From NCBI GenBank assembly GCA_039809525.1, contig JBDHVD010000003.1, positions 6-64,005 on the forward strand: a stretch of DNA of 64,000 nt. The letters run 5' to 3'. The notes beneath the pieces were generated by a model. The model saw only the letters and a list, made by a program, of their open reading frames with translations. It made no database searches and had not been told where the DNA came from. The DNA comes from Labilithrix sp. (GTDB lineage Bacteria > Myxococcota_A > Polyangia > Polyangiales > Polyangiaceae). Numbering within the stretch: the first letter of the stretch is position 1; each line of letters opens with the position of its first letter. This document shows positions 28,225 through 39,649 of the stretch, in pieces. The position numbers were made by a program, and so were the translations under genes.

Positions 28225-28919
28225 GCCGATCGTACCGCGTACGCCGAGAGGTAGCGATCGAGGAGCAGCTTCGTCTCCTCCTTCATTTCCTTGCTTGTTG
28301 GCCTTGTTGGCCTCGTCGGCCTCGTCGGCCTCGTCGGCCCGGCCGGCTTGCCTCCTCGCTGCGTCGCGTCGCGCCGGGCGGACGCGATGAGCATGGCGGT
28401 CATCACCTCGACCACCATCGTGGCGACGACGACGCGCTGCTTCGCCGGCAAACCGTCGAGCTTCTTCGCGAGGACCGCCTCGATCCGGCGCGCGAGCTCG
28501 CGGTTGAGGGCCTCGCCCTGCACCAGCACCTCCTCGGTCGGGCCCGCCCCGACCCAGACGGCGCGGAACGCCGGCTCGTTCTCGTGGAACGCCCACACCG
28601 CCTCGACGGCTGCACCGATGAGCTCGCCGAGGGGCCGTTCGATCAGGGGGCCGTCGACCATCGCGTCGAAGAACGCGCGGAGCTTCTCGCGGTAGCGGCG
28701 GGCGATCTCCTCGAAGACCGCGAGCTTGTTGGGGAAGAACTGGTAGATGGACCCGATCGACGTCTCGGCCCGGGCCGCGATCCCCTCCATGGTCGCCGCC
28801 TCGAAGCCGCCCTCGGCGAACACCAGCGCCGCGGCGTCGAGGATCCGCTCGAAACGCTGCCGGGCGCGCTCCTGGGTGGGCACGCGACGCTCCGGCTCGG
28901 ATCGCTTCTTGACAAACAT
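28221..28919 (-). CDS. TetR/AcrR family regulator
   Basis: RILDAAALVFAEGGFEAATMEGIAARAETSIGSIYQFFPNK. Confidence 0.93.
   Translation of the reverse strand: MFVKKRSEPERRVPTQERARQRFERILDAAALVFAEGGFEAATMEGIAARAETSIGSIYQFFPNKLAVFEEIARRYREKLRAFFDAMVDGPLIERPLGELIGAAVEAVWAFHENEPAFRAVWVGAGPTEEVLVQGEALNRELARRIEAVLAKKLDGLPAKQRVVVATMVVEVMTAMLIASARRDATQRGGKPAGPTRPTRPTRPTRPTSKEMKEETKLLLDRYLSAYAVRSA
28294..28338. repeat. 9-bp tandem repeat x5 (CTTGTTGGC x2, CTCGTCGGC x3) inside tetR, encoding (PTR)n
   Basis: Read directly from the sequence. Confidence 0.9.
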
Positions 28920-28936
28920 GAGGCAGGCCTCAGATT
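28909..28936 (+). promoter_or_regulatory. Putative sigma70 promoter for the P450 gene, overlapping operator 1
   Basis: TTGACA at 28909-28914 and CAGATT at 28931-28936 (16-nt spacer). Confidence 0.5.
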
Positions 28937-28970
28937 CTGGTCTCTCGAACGTGAGGATTGTCTCACGTTC
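28915..28970. promoter_or_regulatory. Two TetR operator palindromes, consensus AACRTGAG-N6-CTCA-N2-TT
   Basis: AACATGAG-gcaggc-CTCAGATT (28915-28936) and GAACGTGAG-gattgt-CTCACGTTC (28947-28970, perfect 9-bp inverted repeat), between divergent tetR and P450. Confidence 0.8.
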
Positions 28971-28997
28971 CGTCGAGCGCGTGGGAGGAGGCGAGTG

Positions 28998-30401
28998 ATG
29001 ACGCGAGCGCCCGGCCCGAAGGGCCTACCGTTCTTCGGCAGTCTGTTCCCGGCGCTCCGCGATCCCCTCGGGATGTTCCTGTCCTCGCGCGAGACGTACG
29101 GCGACGTCGTGCGGTTCAAGTTCGGACCGTTCGACTATCACCTGATCAACGACCCCGAGGTGGTGCGCCACGTCCTCGTCGAGAACGCCGAGGCGTACAC
29201 GAAGAGCCGCAACTACGTGGGGCTCCGGATCGTGCTCGGAGACGGGCTGCTGCTCAGCGAAGGGGAGCACTGGCGGAGGCAGCGGAAGCTCGCGCAGCCG
29301 GCGTTCCACCGGAGCAAGCTCGCCGGCTTCGCCGAGCAGATGTCGCGCGCGACGCGCGATCACCTCGAGCGCTGGACGACCGAGGACGCGCGCGAGCCGT
29401 TCGACATCCATCGCGAGATGATGCGGCTCACGTTCCGCATCGTCGGGCTCACCCTGTTCTCGTCCGACGTCGAAGGCGACGCGCGCGACGTGGGCGAGGC
29501 GATGGACGTCGCGATGTGGTGGGCCAACGACTACGCCGAGTCGATCGTGCGCATCCCGCCGGCGATCCCCACGCCCGCGAACGTGAGGTTCCGTCGCGCG
29601 ATGAAGACGCTCGACGCCGTCGTCTACCGTCTGATCGCCGAGCGGCGCGAGAAGGCGAAGCACGAGGGCTTCGGCGAGGACCTCCTCGGCATGCTCATGG
29701 AGGCGGTCGACGAGACGACCGGCGAGCGGATGACCGACAAGCAGCTCCGCGACGAGGTCATCACGATGGTCCTCGCGGGCCACGAGACGACGGCGAACCT
29801 CCTCTCGTGGACGTTCCTCCTGCTCTCGAAGCACCCCGACGTCGAGCAGCGCGTGCGCGAAGAGGCGCAGCGCGTCCTCGGCGATCGCGATCCCGTCCTC
29901 GAGGACGTGAAGAAGCTCGAAGAGACGCGCATGGTGATCGAGGAGTCGCTGCGCCTCTATCCGCCGGCATGGATGTTCGAGCGGCAGGCGACGCGGGCCG
30001 ACGAGCTCGGCGGGTTCCGCATCGAGCCGGGGGCGATCGTGGGCGTCTGCTCGTACGTGCTCCACCGCCATCCCCGCTTCTGGGACGATCCGGAGCGCTT
30101 CGCCCCCGAGCGCTTCCGCGCCGAGCGATCGGCGTCGCGCCCGCGCTACGCGTACCTCCCCTTCGGCGGCGGACCGCGCACCTGCATCGGAAACCACTTC
30201 GCGCTGATGGAGGCGCAGATCCTCCTCGCGATGATCGTGCGCGAGTACCGGCTCGAGCTGGATCCGAGCCACCGCGTCGAGCTCGACCCGCTCATCACGC
30301 TCCGCCCGAAGCGCGGGATCCGGGTCCGCCGGCATCGTATCGAACCGCCGGCGAACGCGCGCCCGAGTGTTAGGAATTGTTTGACCGGGCTCGAAGCCTG
30401 A
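28998..30401 (+). CDS. Cytochrome P450
   Basis: AGHETT I-helix, ESLR (ExxR), PERF, heme signature FGGGPRTCIG; GGAGG RBS. Confidence 0.97.
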   Translation: MTRAPGPKGLPFFGSLFPALRDPLGMFLSSRETYGDVVRFKFGPFDYHLINDPEVVRHVLVENAEAYTKSRNYVGLRIVLGDGLLLSEGEHWRRQRKLAQPAFHRSKLAGFAEQMSRATRDHLERWTTEDAREPFDIHREMMRLTFRIVGLTLFSSDVEGDARDVGEAMDVAMWWANDYAESIVRIPPAIPTPANVRFRRAMKTLDAVVYRLIAERREKAKHEGFGEDLLGMLMEAVDETTGERMTDKQLRDEVITMVLAGHETTANLLSWTFLLLSKHPDVEQRVREEAQRVLGDRDPVLEDVKKLEETRMVIEESLRLYPPAWMFERQATRADELGGFRIEPGAIVGVCSYVLHRHPRFWDDPERFAPERFRAERSASRPRYAYLPFGGGPRTCIGNHFALMEAQILLAMIVREYRLELDPSHRVELDPLITLRPKRGIRVRRHRIEPPANARPSVRNCLTGLEA

Positions 30402-30434
30402 CCCGTTCGGGATGGTTTGAGCCACAATGATCGC

Positions 30435-31610
30435 GTGACGAAGGCGGACCTCGGACCGGCGTTCCTCTTGACCCTCCTCGTCGCCTGCTCGTCCGCGAGC
30501 GCGCCGCAGGCTCCCGGTGTCGAGGCGCCGCCGATCGACGATCCCGCCACGAACGACACGCCCATCGCCAACGATACGGTCGAGCGGAGCAAGTTCTCCA
30601 CGAACCACGACCCGACGACGCAGATCCGCTTCCGTACCGCCGCCGAGGCGTCCGAGCGGCGCGCCGCGCTCCTTCGCTACGTATGGGGGGCGCCCTCGTT
30701 GCCCGCGACGATGCCGGACGTCACCGCGGGCGTCGCGTTCCCCGCCGGCGCCGACGACATCGATCGCGACGACGTCGAGAGCGTCGATCTCCTCTACGCC
30801 ACGATCTCGGACTCGCCGCTTCGCGGGCGGTCGTTCTTGTTCCACCCCGCGGTGAAGAACGAGAACACCGATCGCGTCGTGATCGTCCACCAGGGGCATG
30901 CCCGCACGCTCGAAGCCGGCGTGGGCAAGACCGCGGGCCATCTCCTCCACCGGGGCTTCACCGTCGTCGCGATGGCGATGCCGCTCTACGGGTGGAACGG
31001 GCTCGACGCCTCGATCTTCAACAGCCACGACGCGATGTTCGCCTCCGCCGATCCGGCCGACGGGAGCATCTTCCGGCCGTTCTTCGAACCGGTGGTGCAG
31101 AACGTCAACCTCGTGCTCGCCACGATGCCCGGCCTGCGGGACATCAGCATGATCGGCCTGTCGGGCGGCGGCTGGACGACCGCGCTGATGGCCGCCGTCG
31201 ATCCGCGCATCTCGCTGACGATCCAGGTCGCGGGCTCGGTGCCGCTCTACGTCTGGGACGACGCGCGCTGGCCGTCGGGGGACCGCGAGCAGTGGCACGC
31301 GCCGATGTTCGACGAGGACATCGCCCCGGACGGCTCGGGCGGCGGCGTCGCGACGTACCTCGAGCTCTACGCGCTCGGCGGGCTGGGCGAGGGCCGCCGT
31401 GCGATCCAGGTCACGGGCGAGTTCGACCCGTGCTGCTTCTCCGGGCGCTACTCCGACTCGTACGCGTCGATCGTGCAGTCCCGCGTCGCCGCGATCGGCG
31501 CCGGATCGTGGACCCACGTCCTCGACTCGACGCACGCGTCTCACCTGATCTCGGACTTCACCCTCGCGTCGGTGCTCGACCCCGCGCTCGGGATCGACGC
31601 CGGCGACTGA
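30435..31610 (+). CDS. Secreted alpha/beta hydrolase lipoprotein
   Basis: LLVAC lipobox; HQGH, GLSGGG nucleophile, FDPCCF, distal His. Confidence 0.75.
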   Translation: MTKADLGPAFLLTLLVACSSASAPQAPGVEAPPIDDPATNDTPIANDTVERSKFSTNHDPTTQIRFRTAAEASERRAALLRYVWGAPSLPATMPDVTAGVAFPAGADDIDRDDVESVDLLYATISDSPLRGRSFLFHPAVKNENTDRVVIVHQGHARTLEAGVGKTAGHLLHRGFTVVAMAMPLYGWNGLDASIFNSHDAMFASADPADGSIFRPFFEPVVQNVNLVLATMPGLRDISMIGLSGGGWTTALMAAVDPRISLTIQVAGSVPLYVWDDARWPSGDREQWHAPMFDEDIAPDGSGGGVATYLELYALGGLGEGRRAIQVTGEFDPCCFSGRYSDSYASIVQSRVAAIGAGSWTHVLDSTHASHLISDFTLASVLDPALGIDAGD

Positions 31611-31614
31611 GCGT

Positions 31615-32565
31615 TCAGTTCGCCGCGCGCTTGCGCTGCAGCTCGGACGTCGTCCTCGGGATGTCCGGCTCGACGTACACCCATCGCGCCTCGGGGCGCG
31701 CCTTGCGGAAGCGCGCCTCGAAGTCGTTGATCAGCTCGCACGCTCGCTCGATTGTGAGCGACGGCGTCATCGAGAGCTTCACGTGCACGATGACCTCGCC
31801 GGGGCCCTGCTGCATCGTCACGATGTTGAGGACCTGCTCGAGGTCGGGCATCTCGCGCACGATGTCCTTCGCCGCCGCGACGACCTCCGGGTCGGCGGCC
31901 TCGCCGAGGAGGAGCGAGCTCACCTCGACGGCCAGGAACACCGCGACGCCGACGAGCACGAGGCCGATGGCGATCGATCCGATCCCGTCCCACTTGCCGT
32001 CGTGGGTCACCGCGGCGAGGCCGAGCGCGAGGATGGCGAGGGCCAGGCCGAGCACCGCCGCGGAGTTCTCGCCGAAGACGACCACGAGGTCCGAGTCGGT
32101 CGTGTCGCGCAGGTACCGCATGAACGGCTTCTCGCCGCGGCGCCGGTTCAGCTCCTTGATGTTCGACAGCGTCGCCCCGCCCTCGAGGACGAGCGACACC
32201 GCGAGGATGCCGAGGCCGACGAACACGTTCTCGACCGCCTCGGGATGCATCACCTTGTGCACGCCCTCGTAGATGGAGAACGCGCCGCCGCCGAGGAACA
32301 GGAGGAGGGCGACCATGAACGACCAGAAGTAGACCGCGCGGCCGTAGCCGAACGGATGCTTCTCGTCGGCCGGCTTCCTCGCCTGGCGCACGCCGACGAG
32401 CAGGAGGATCTGGTTTCCGCAGTCGGAGAACGAGTGGAGCGCCTCGGCGAGCATCGCGCCGGACTTCGTGTAGACGGCGGCACCCGCCTTCACGATGGCG
32501 ATCGCGAGGTTCACCGCGAGCGACTGGATGATGTGACCGGTGCCGTGGTCCTTGTCGGCGGCCAT
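31615..32565 (-). CDS. Cation diffusion facilitator (CDF) transporter
   Basis: AEALHSFSD, HPFGYG, 6 TM helices, C-terminal YVEPD. Confidence 0.93.
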   Translation of the reverse strand: MAADKDHGTGHIIQSLAVNLAIAIVKAGAAVYTKSGAMLAEALHSFSDCGNQILLLVGVRQARKPADEKHPFGYGRAVYFWSFMVALLLFLGGGAFSIYEGVHKVMHPEAVENVFVGLGILAVSLVLEGGATLSNIKELNRRRGEKPFMRYLRDTTDSDLVVVFGENSAAVLGLALAILALGLAAVTHDGKWDGIGSIAIGLVLVGVAVFLAVEVSSLLLGEAADPEVVAAAKDIVREMPDLEQVLNIVTMQQGPGEVIVHVKLSMTPSLTIERACELINDFEARFRKARPEARWVYVEPDIPRTTSELQRKRAAN

Positions 32566-32582
32566 GGGGCCGCGAGTCTACA

Positions 32583-34346
32583 CTACGGGACGCACACCGA
32601 CGCGACGCAGCGGTAGCCCGCCTTGCACTCGGCGGTGGTGCCGGCGTTCGGACCGCAGGTCGTCACCGCGATCGCCCAATCGTCGGGGTCGACGAGCACC
32701 GACCGGGGCGCGCGCGCGAGACCATGTGCCTTCGTCGTCACCTTTCCCGTGAGGTCGACGACGACGCGCTCCACGTTGCCTTCGTCGTCCACGAAGTCGA
32801 GGTCCAGGGGGAAGGCGAAGCCTTCCGCGACGCCCTTGGTCTGCACCTGCTCGACCGTCACGCGGGTGGCGTCGAACGTGACCTTCAGCTCGGGGTGGTA
32901 GCCGCCGTGGACGAAGGACGCGAAGAACTTCGACAGGTCGCGCCCCGACGCCTCGGACAGCTCGCGCTCGAGGTCGTCCGTGGTCACCGCGCCGAAGGCG
33001 TGCCGCTCGAACCAGCCCTTCAGGAACGCGTCCATCTTCTCGGAGCCGACGATGCGCTCGAGCATGCGCAGCGTGAGCGCGCCCTTCTGGTACGAGATGC
33101 CGTCGAAGATCGTGAGCACGTCGATCTCGTCGCCGCGCGGCGCGAGCGGATGCGGGTTCGCGCGATCGGAGGAGAGCGTGCGTCCGAGGTACTCGCGGTA
33201 GACCTCCTTCTTGCGCTCGGGCCCGTCTATCTCCGCGAGCGCGCGCGCGGTGAGGTACTCGGTGAAGCCCTCGCTCAGCCAGAAGTCGTTCCACCGGCGG
33301 ATCCGCACGAGGTTGCCGCTCCAGTGGTGACCGAGCTCGTGGAACGCGGTGTCGCGCGCGGTCCGGGGATCGGCGAACAGCGTCTCGTCCATGCTGACGA
33401 CGCTCGCGTGCTCCATCCCGCCGCCGAAGATCGGCTCCTCGATGAAGCTCGCCGTGCCCCACCGGTATTTTCCGAACTTCGACTCGTAGAAGTCGAGCGC
33501 CTTCGCCAGGTCGCCGTAGATCGCCTCCACGCTGCGCGCGGCGCTCGCATAGGTGTACGTGGCGATCGGGATCCCCGACCGCGAGCGCGCCTCGCCGACC
33601 TTCCACCCGTCGTAGGCGGACACGTGGAAGTCGTACGCCGGCATCGGCGTGAGCGCCTCGTAGCGCCAGGTCTTCGTGCCGTCGGCGTTCTCCTTCTCCG
33701 ACAGCTTCTTGCCGTTCGCGAGGACGAGGTAGCTCTTCGGGAACGTGACGTCGAAGGCGACCATCGCGCCGTCGCTCGGATGATCGCGGAGCGGCAGCCA
33801 GCGCCGCGCCTTGCTCGGCCAGTCGAGGCTCGTGAAGATGCGCCGGCCTTCGGCGTTGCGCTGCTTCACCATCAGGCCGCCGAAGGCGGAGAAGTCGTTC
33901 GGGTTCGCGCCGTCGGCCTGCCGGACGTCGCCGTGCACCTGGATGCGCGTCGAGAACGTCTTGCCCCTGGCGACGGGCGAGGGGAGGGCGACGATCAGCT
34001 TCGCGCCCTCGCGGCGATGCTGCGCGGCGCGCCCGTCGACGCGGACGTCGTCGACGGTGTTGCCTTCGAAGTCGAGCGGCAGCTCGGTGAGCGCGCGCGT
34101 CGCGACGTAGGTGCCCTCCACGTCGGCGGTGAACGACTCGCGGCCCTGCGTGTCGTCGACGCGCAGCGCGATCGCGTATCCGATCGCGTCGACGTCCGGC
34201 AGCGCCTCGTCGACGACCGTCGTGCGGAAGCGCAGCTCGTCCTCGCCGCCCTGCACGCTGCCCGGCGGCTCGTCCGGACCCGCGAAGCAGGCGCCGAGCA
34301 TCGCCGTCGCGACGAGGACGAAGGGCGCGCGCAGACCTCGGGCCAT
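32583..34346 (-). CDS. M1 family zinc aminopeptidase lipoprotein
   Basis: GGMEH, HELGHHW...WLSEGF, YQKG; MLGAC lipobox. Confidence 0.93.
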   Translation of the reverse strand: MARGLRAPFVLVATAMLGACFAGPDEPPGSVQGGEDELRFRTTVVDEALPDVDAIGYAIALRVDDTQGRESFTADVEGTYVATRALTELPLDFEGNTVDDVRVDGRAAQHRREGAKLIVALPSPVARGKTFSTRIQVHGDVRQADGANPNDFSAFGGLMVKQRNAEGRRIFTSLDWPSKARRWLPLRDHPSDGAMVAFDVTFPKSYLVLANGKKLSEKENADGTKTWRYEALTPMPAYDFHVSAYDGWKVGEARSRSGIPIATYTYASAARSVEAIYGDLAKALDFYESKFGKYRWGTASFIEEPIFGGGMEHASVVSMDETLFADPRTARDTAFHELGHHWSGNLVRIRRWNDFWLSEGFTEYLTARALAEIDGPERKKEVYREYLGRTLSSDRANPHPLAPRGDEIDVLTIFDGISYQKGALTLRMLERIVGSEKMDAFLKGWFERHAFGAVTTDDLERELSEASGRDLSKFFASFVHGGYHPELKVTFDATRVTVEQVQTKGVAEGFAFPLDLDFVDDEGNVERVVVDLTGKVTTKAHGLARAPRSVLVDPDDWAIAVTTCGPNAGTTAECKAGYRCVASVCVP

Positions 34347-34440
34347 GCCCACACCGTCGCACATCGCATGCCGGCGAGCGGGGTTCGAGATCCTTCGGGT
34401 TTTCGCGGTCGGACCTGGATCTCCGGCGATCCGACGCGGG

Positions 34441-35715
34441 TCACGGATAGCCGATGACGTCGACGGGCGAGAGCTCGGGGACGGTCGAGCGGTTGCCGAG
34501 CTGACCGCGATCGTTGGCGCCCCAGCACGCGATCGCGCCGCTCCGCGTCGGCGCGCACGAGGCGTTGCCTCCGGCCCCGACCCCGATCGCGTCGGTGAGG
34601 CCCGAGACCGTCACGATCGTCGCCTGCGCGGCCGAGGCGTCGGGGCGCGACTGCCCGTCACCGAGCTGACCGTTTCCGCCCGCGCCCCAGCACACCACGC
34701 TGCCCGCTTTCCGGACCGCGCACACGTGGTTCTTGCCCGCGGCGATCGCGATCGCGTCGTTCAGGCTGCTCACCACGATCGGCGACGGATTGGGCGAGCT
34801 GTTCGGCGCGCCGTTGCCGAGCTGTCCGACCTCGTTCGCGCCCCAGCAGTACACGGTGCCGGCGCGTGCGAGCGCACACGTCGAGCGCTCGGTCGCCGCG
34901 ACGGCCACCGACTCGGGCAGCGTGGTGACGGCGACGGGGGAGGGCGATCCGCCGACCTGCCCGGTGCCGAGCTGTCCGTTCGTGCCTTCGCCCCAGCACG
35001 AGACCGATCCGTCCTTCTTCACCGCGCACGCATGGACCTGCCCGGCGGCGATCGCGGTGACGTCCTTGAGGTTCGGCACCGAGATGGGCGACGGGCTCGG
35101 CGTGGTGTTGCCCGTGCCGAGCTGTCCCGAGTTGTTGTTCCCCCAGCACGCCACGCCTCCGCCGCGGCGCGCGGCGCACGAGAACGTCGAGCCGGCCGCG
35201 ACGGCGACGGCGTCCGCGATGCTCAGCGCGTCGACGGGCTCGGGCTCGGTCGTGCCGGTCTGACCGTTGCCGAGCTGGCCGTCGTTGTTGAAGCCCCAGC
35301 ACGAGACCTTGCCGCTCTTGCGCGCGACGCACGTGTGCGCGCGTCCGGCCGCGATGTCGACGGCGTCGTCGATGCCGGTCACGTCCACCGGCTCGTTGTG
35401 GAGCCCCGCGTCCGTCGCGAGCCCCGATCCGCTCTGTCCGCTGCGGTCGTCGCCCCAGCACTTCACCGTGCCGGCGGGCTTGCGCGCGGCGGCGTGCGCC
35501 TCGCCGAGGGCGACCTCGAGCGCGTCCTGCGGGGGCGGGACCACGTTGTCGGGGACGTCGGCGTCCTCCTCCTCGATCGGCTCCTCGTCGTCGCCGCCGC
35601 CGGCGTCCTTCTTCAACCGCACGTCCTGGATGCCGACGATCGCGTTGCACGCGACGAGGCCCGACGCGAGGAGCGCGGACGCGGCGACGATGGCGAGGGC
35701 GGCGCGACGGATCAT
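34441..35715 (-). CDS. RCC1-repeat beta-propeller lipoprotein
   Basis: LVACNAIVG lipobox; repeated G.V.CWG.N..GQLG units. Confidence 0.92.
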   Translation of the reverse strand: MIRRAALAIVAASALLASGLVACNAIVGIQDVRLKKDAGGGDDEEPIEEEDADVPDNVVPPPQDALEVALGEAHAAARKPAGTVKCWGDDRSGQSGSGLATDAGLHNEPVDVTGIDDAVDIAAGRAHTCVARKSGKVSCWGFNNDGQLGNGQTGTTEPEPVDALSIADAVAVAAGSTFSCAARRGGGVACWGNNNSGQLGTGNTTPSPSPISVPNLKDVTAIAAGQVHACAVKKDGSVSCWGEGTNGQLGTGQVGGSPSPVAVTTLPESVAVAATERSTCALARAGTVYCWGANEVGQLGNGAPNSSPNPSPIVVSSLNDAIAIAAGKNHVCAVRKAGSVVCWGAGGNGQLGDGQSRPDASAAQATIVTVSGLTDAIGVGAGGNASCAPTRSGAIACWGANDRGQLGNRSTVPELSPVDVIGYP

Positions 35716-36704
35716 CGGAACGAGCCTCCGACGAGGATCGATCCGGGGCCGACGCCGACGTTCACCGCGCTCGCCTTCTTCGGAGCGGTGAAGAAGAGAA
35801 CGGCGCCGAGCACGGTGAGCGCGCCGCCGGCGATGAACGAGATCGTCGAGAGGTTGCCGGACGAGCGCGCGCGATCGGTCAGGTCGACGCCCGTCGCGTC
35901 GCACTCGTAGCTCGCGTTGCAGTGGGTCTTCGCGTCCTTCCACTGCGACGAGGCCTGGATGCCGAAGAACGCGCCCGCGCCGAGCCCCACGATGCCGACC
36001 GCGCCGACCGCGAGGCCGATCGTCTTCTGTCCCGATCCGCCGCCGTCGCCGTTGTCGGGCGTGTCGATCGCCGGACGCGGCGCCGGTGGTGCGGCCTCGA
36101 CCGGCGCGTCCTCGAGCGCGGGGACCTCGACCCTCGGCGCGCGGTTCTTCTCCGAGACCTCGATCGTCGAGCTCCAGGGCTTCTTGCCCTTCGCGCTCGC
36201 ATCGACGGTGTGCTTCCCCGGATCGACGGGGAGCGCGGTGCCGAGCACCGCGGCGTCGAGGACGTCGCCGTCGAGCTTCACCTCGACGGACCTGTCGCGC
36301 GCGTCGATCGTCAGCCTCACGAGCCGCGGCTCGAGCTTCTCCGCGCGCGCCTGGGCGATCTTCTCCCGGTCCGGACGGTTCAGTCGCTGCGCGAGCGCGA
36401 TCGCCTCGTGGAAGCGGGCCCACGCGCTCGCGAGCTGACCGTTCTTCTCGTAGCAGTCGGCGAGGTTGAGGAGCGTGCCCACCGCGGGAGCGAGCTTGTG
36501 GCTCGCGAGGAACTTCGGACAGGCATCGCCGTACTTCTTCGCCTCGGCGAGCTTGCGTCCCTCCTGGAACAGCGACTCGGCCGCGGCCGTGCTCCCCTCG
36601 CTCGGCTCGGCCGCGCGCGCCGGCGCGGACCGCGCGAGCGTCAACGCGAGCACGAGCACGCACGTCCGTCGGAGCATCGGAGGGCGGCGCATGGCATCCG
36701 CCAT
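35712..36704 (-). CDS. TPR + PEGA-like exported protein
   Basis: AESLFQEGR...ACPKF...LLNLADCYEK; LPVDPGKHTV; C-terminal hydrophobic segments. Confidence 0.82.
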   Translation of the reverse strand: MADAMRRPPMLRRTCVLVLALTLARSAPARAAEPSEGSTAAAESLFQEGRKLAEAKKYGDACPKFLASHKLAPAVGTLLNLADCYEKNGQLASAWARFHEAIALAQRLNRPDREKIAQARAEKLEPRLVRLTIDARDRSVEVKLDGDVLDAAVLGTALPVDPGKHTVDASAKGKKPWSSTIEVSEKNRAPRVEVPALEDAPVEAAPPAPRPAIDTPDNGDGGGSGQKTIGLAVGAVGIVGLGAGAFFGIQASSQWKDAKTHCNASYECDATGVDLTDRARSSGNLSTISFIAGGALTVLGAVLFFTAPKKASAVNVGVGPGSILVGGSFR

Positions 36705-36710
36705 TAAAGC

Positions 36711-38111
<1,401 letters not shown>

Positions 38112-38222
38112 CGAGAGGAAGTCTACGGGCGCGCCGTGGGCGTCGCAATTCAAAGCCGTGCGATTCCGAGGGGATGGACCATGGATCCACCAGGGCAGCG
38201 TGTTCATGTAGGCTCACCCGCC

Positions 38223-38954
38223 GTGGAGACCCGGACCCTCGGACCGCTACGCGCGCGCATCGCACGGAACGTCGCGTCAGCAGGCGACAAATCGGCCACC
38301 GAGCCGGGACCGACGATCGTCCTCCTCCACGGCTTCGGCGCGCCGGGCGACGACCTGGCGGGGCTCGCCGAGATGATCCCGGTGCCGCCGGGATCGACCC
38401 TCGTCTTCCCCGAGGCGCTCCACGACCTCGCCGATCTCGCCGGCCCGATGTACGGCGGCGCCCGCGCGTGGTGGATGATCGACATGGCGCGCCTCGAGCG
38501 GGCGATGCGCTCTGGCTCGATCCGCGACATGTCGAGCGAGGTCCCCGAGGGGCTCGACGAAGCGCGCGCCGCGGTCGTCGAGATGCTCGATGCGCTCGAG
38601 CGCGAGGAAGGCGTCGCGCTCGATCGCCTCGTCCTCGGGGGCTTCTCGCAAGGCGCGATGCTCGCGCTCGACGTCGCGCTCCACACCGCGCGCGCCGTGG
38701 CGGGGCTCGTCCTGCTCTCGGGCACGTTCATCGCCGAGCGCGAGTGGAGCCCGCGCATGGGCGGGCGCGCGCGCACGCCCGTGTTCCAGAGTCACGGAAC
38801 GGCCGACCCCATCCTTCCGTTCGCGATCGCCGAGAAGCTCCGCGACGCGCTCGCGACGGCTGGGCTGCCGGTCACGTTCGACCGCTTCGAAGGTGGGCAC
38901 GGCATCCCTCCGTCCACGATGAAGAAGCTCGGCGACTGGCTCGAGGAGCTGTAG
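38223..38954 (+). CDS. Phospholipase/carboxylesterase (Abhydrolase_2); start uncertain
   Basis: LLHGFGAPG, GGFSQG, HGTADP, GGH. Confidence 0.9.
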   Translation: METRTLGPLRARIARNVASAGDKSATEPGPTIVLLHGFGAPGDDLAGLAEMIPVPPGSTLVFPEALHDLADLAGPMYGGARAWWMIDMARLERAMRSGSIRDMSSEVPEGLDEARAAVVEMLDALEREEGVALDRLVLGGFSQGAMLALDVALHTARAVAGLVLLSGTFIAEREWSPRMGGRARTPVFQSHGTADPILPFAIAEKLRDALATAGLPVTFDRFEGGHGIPPSTMKKLGDWLEEL

Positions 38955-39024
38955 CGCAGCGGCGTGGCGCAACGCGTGCACTCTCCAGGCAACGAAAGGC
39001 CAACCAAGAAAGGAGAGATGCGTC

Positions 39025-39615
39025 ATGGCTCGCACCATGGAACTGACGGGCTCGCCGACCCACCGCTACCGCGAGGTCGTCGCCGTCCCGCGGAGCCCGC
39101 TGTACCAGGCCTATCAGGTGCTGCACTGGGGCTTCTGCGCGCTGCCGGTGATCGCCGGCCTCGACAAGTTCGCCCACCTGCTCGTGAACTGGAACCAGTA
39201 CCTGGCGCCCCAGATCGGCCAGCTCGTGCAGGCGAACACGGGCATCACGCCGGGGCAGCTGATGATGATCGTCGGCGGCGTCGAGGTGCTCGCCGGTCTG
39301 CTCGTCGCCCTCAAGCCGCGCATCGGCGGCTACGTCGTGGCGCTGTGGCTGGCCGGGATCATCGCGAACCTGATCATCGGCATGCACTACTTCGACGTCG
39401 CGCTCCGTGACTTCGGCCTGATGCTCGGCGCGTTCGCGCTCGGCCGGCTGGGGAGCCACTTCGGCGCGGCGCACAAGATCGACGAGGTCGAGGAGGTCCG
39501 CGGAGCCGTGGACACCGATCCGACCCTCGCGCCGCGCGGGCTGCGACGAGAGGAGCGTATCGACGACCGGACGCGCTGGCGTCACCGCGACGACGACGTG
39601 ATCCGCGAGCCCTGA
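39025..39615 (+). CDS. DoxX-like membrane protein
   Basis: AGLDKF...W.QYLAP, VGGVEV, DVALRDFGL; AGGAG RBS. Confidence 0.75.
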   Translation: MARTMELTGSPTHRYREVVAVPRSPLYQAYQVLHWGFCALPVIAGLDKFAHLLVNWNQYLAPQIGQLVQANTGITPGQLMMIVGGVEVLAGLLVALKPRIGGYVVALWLAGIIANLIIGMHYFDVALRDFGLMLGAFALGRLGSHFGAAHKIDEVEEVRGAVDTDPTLAPRGLRREERIDDRTRWRHRDDDVIREP

Positions 39616-39649
39616 GCTGCGCGATTGGTGTACCTTCGAAGTCGCGTCC

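Noticed and set aside
34441-35520. Recurrent CCCCAGCA / GCCGAGCTG DNA repeats
   Set aside because: Explained by RCC1 protein repeats (CWG, QLG)
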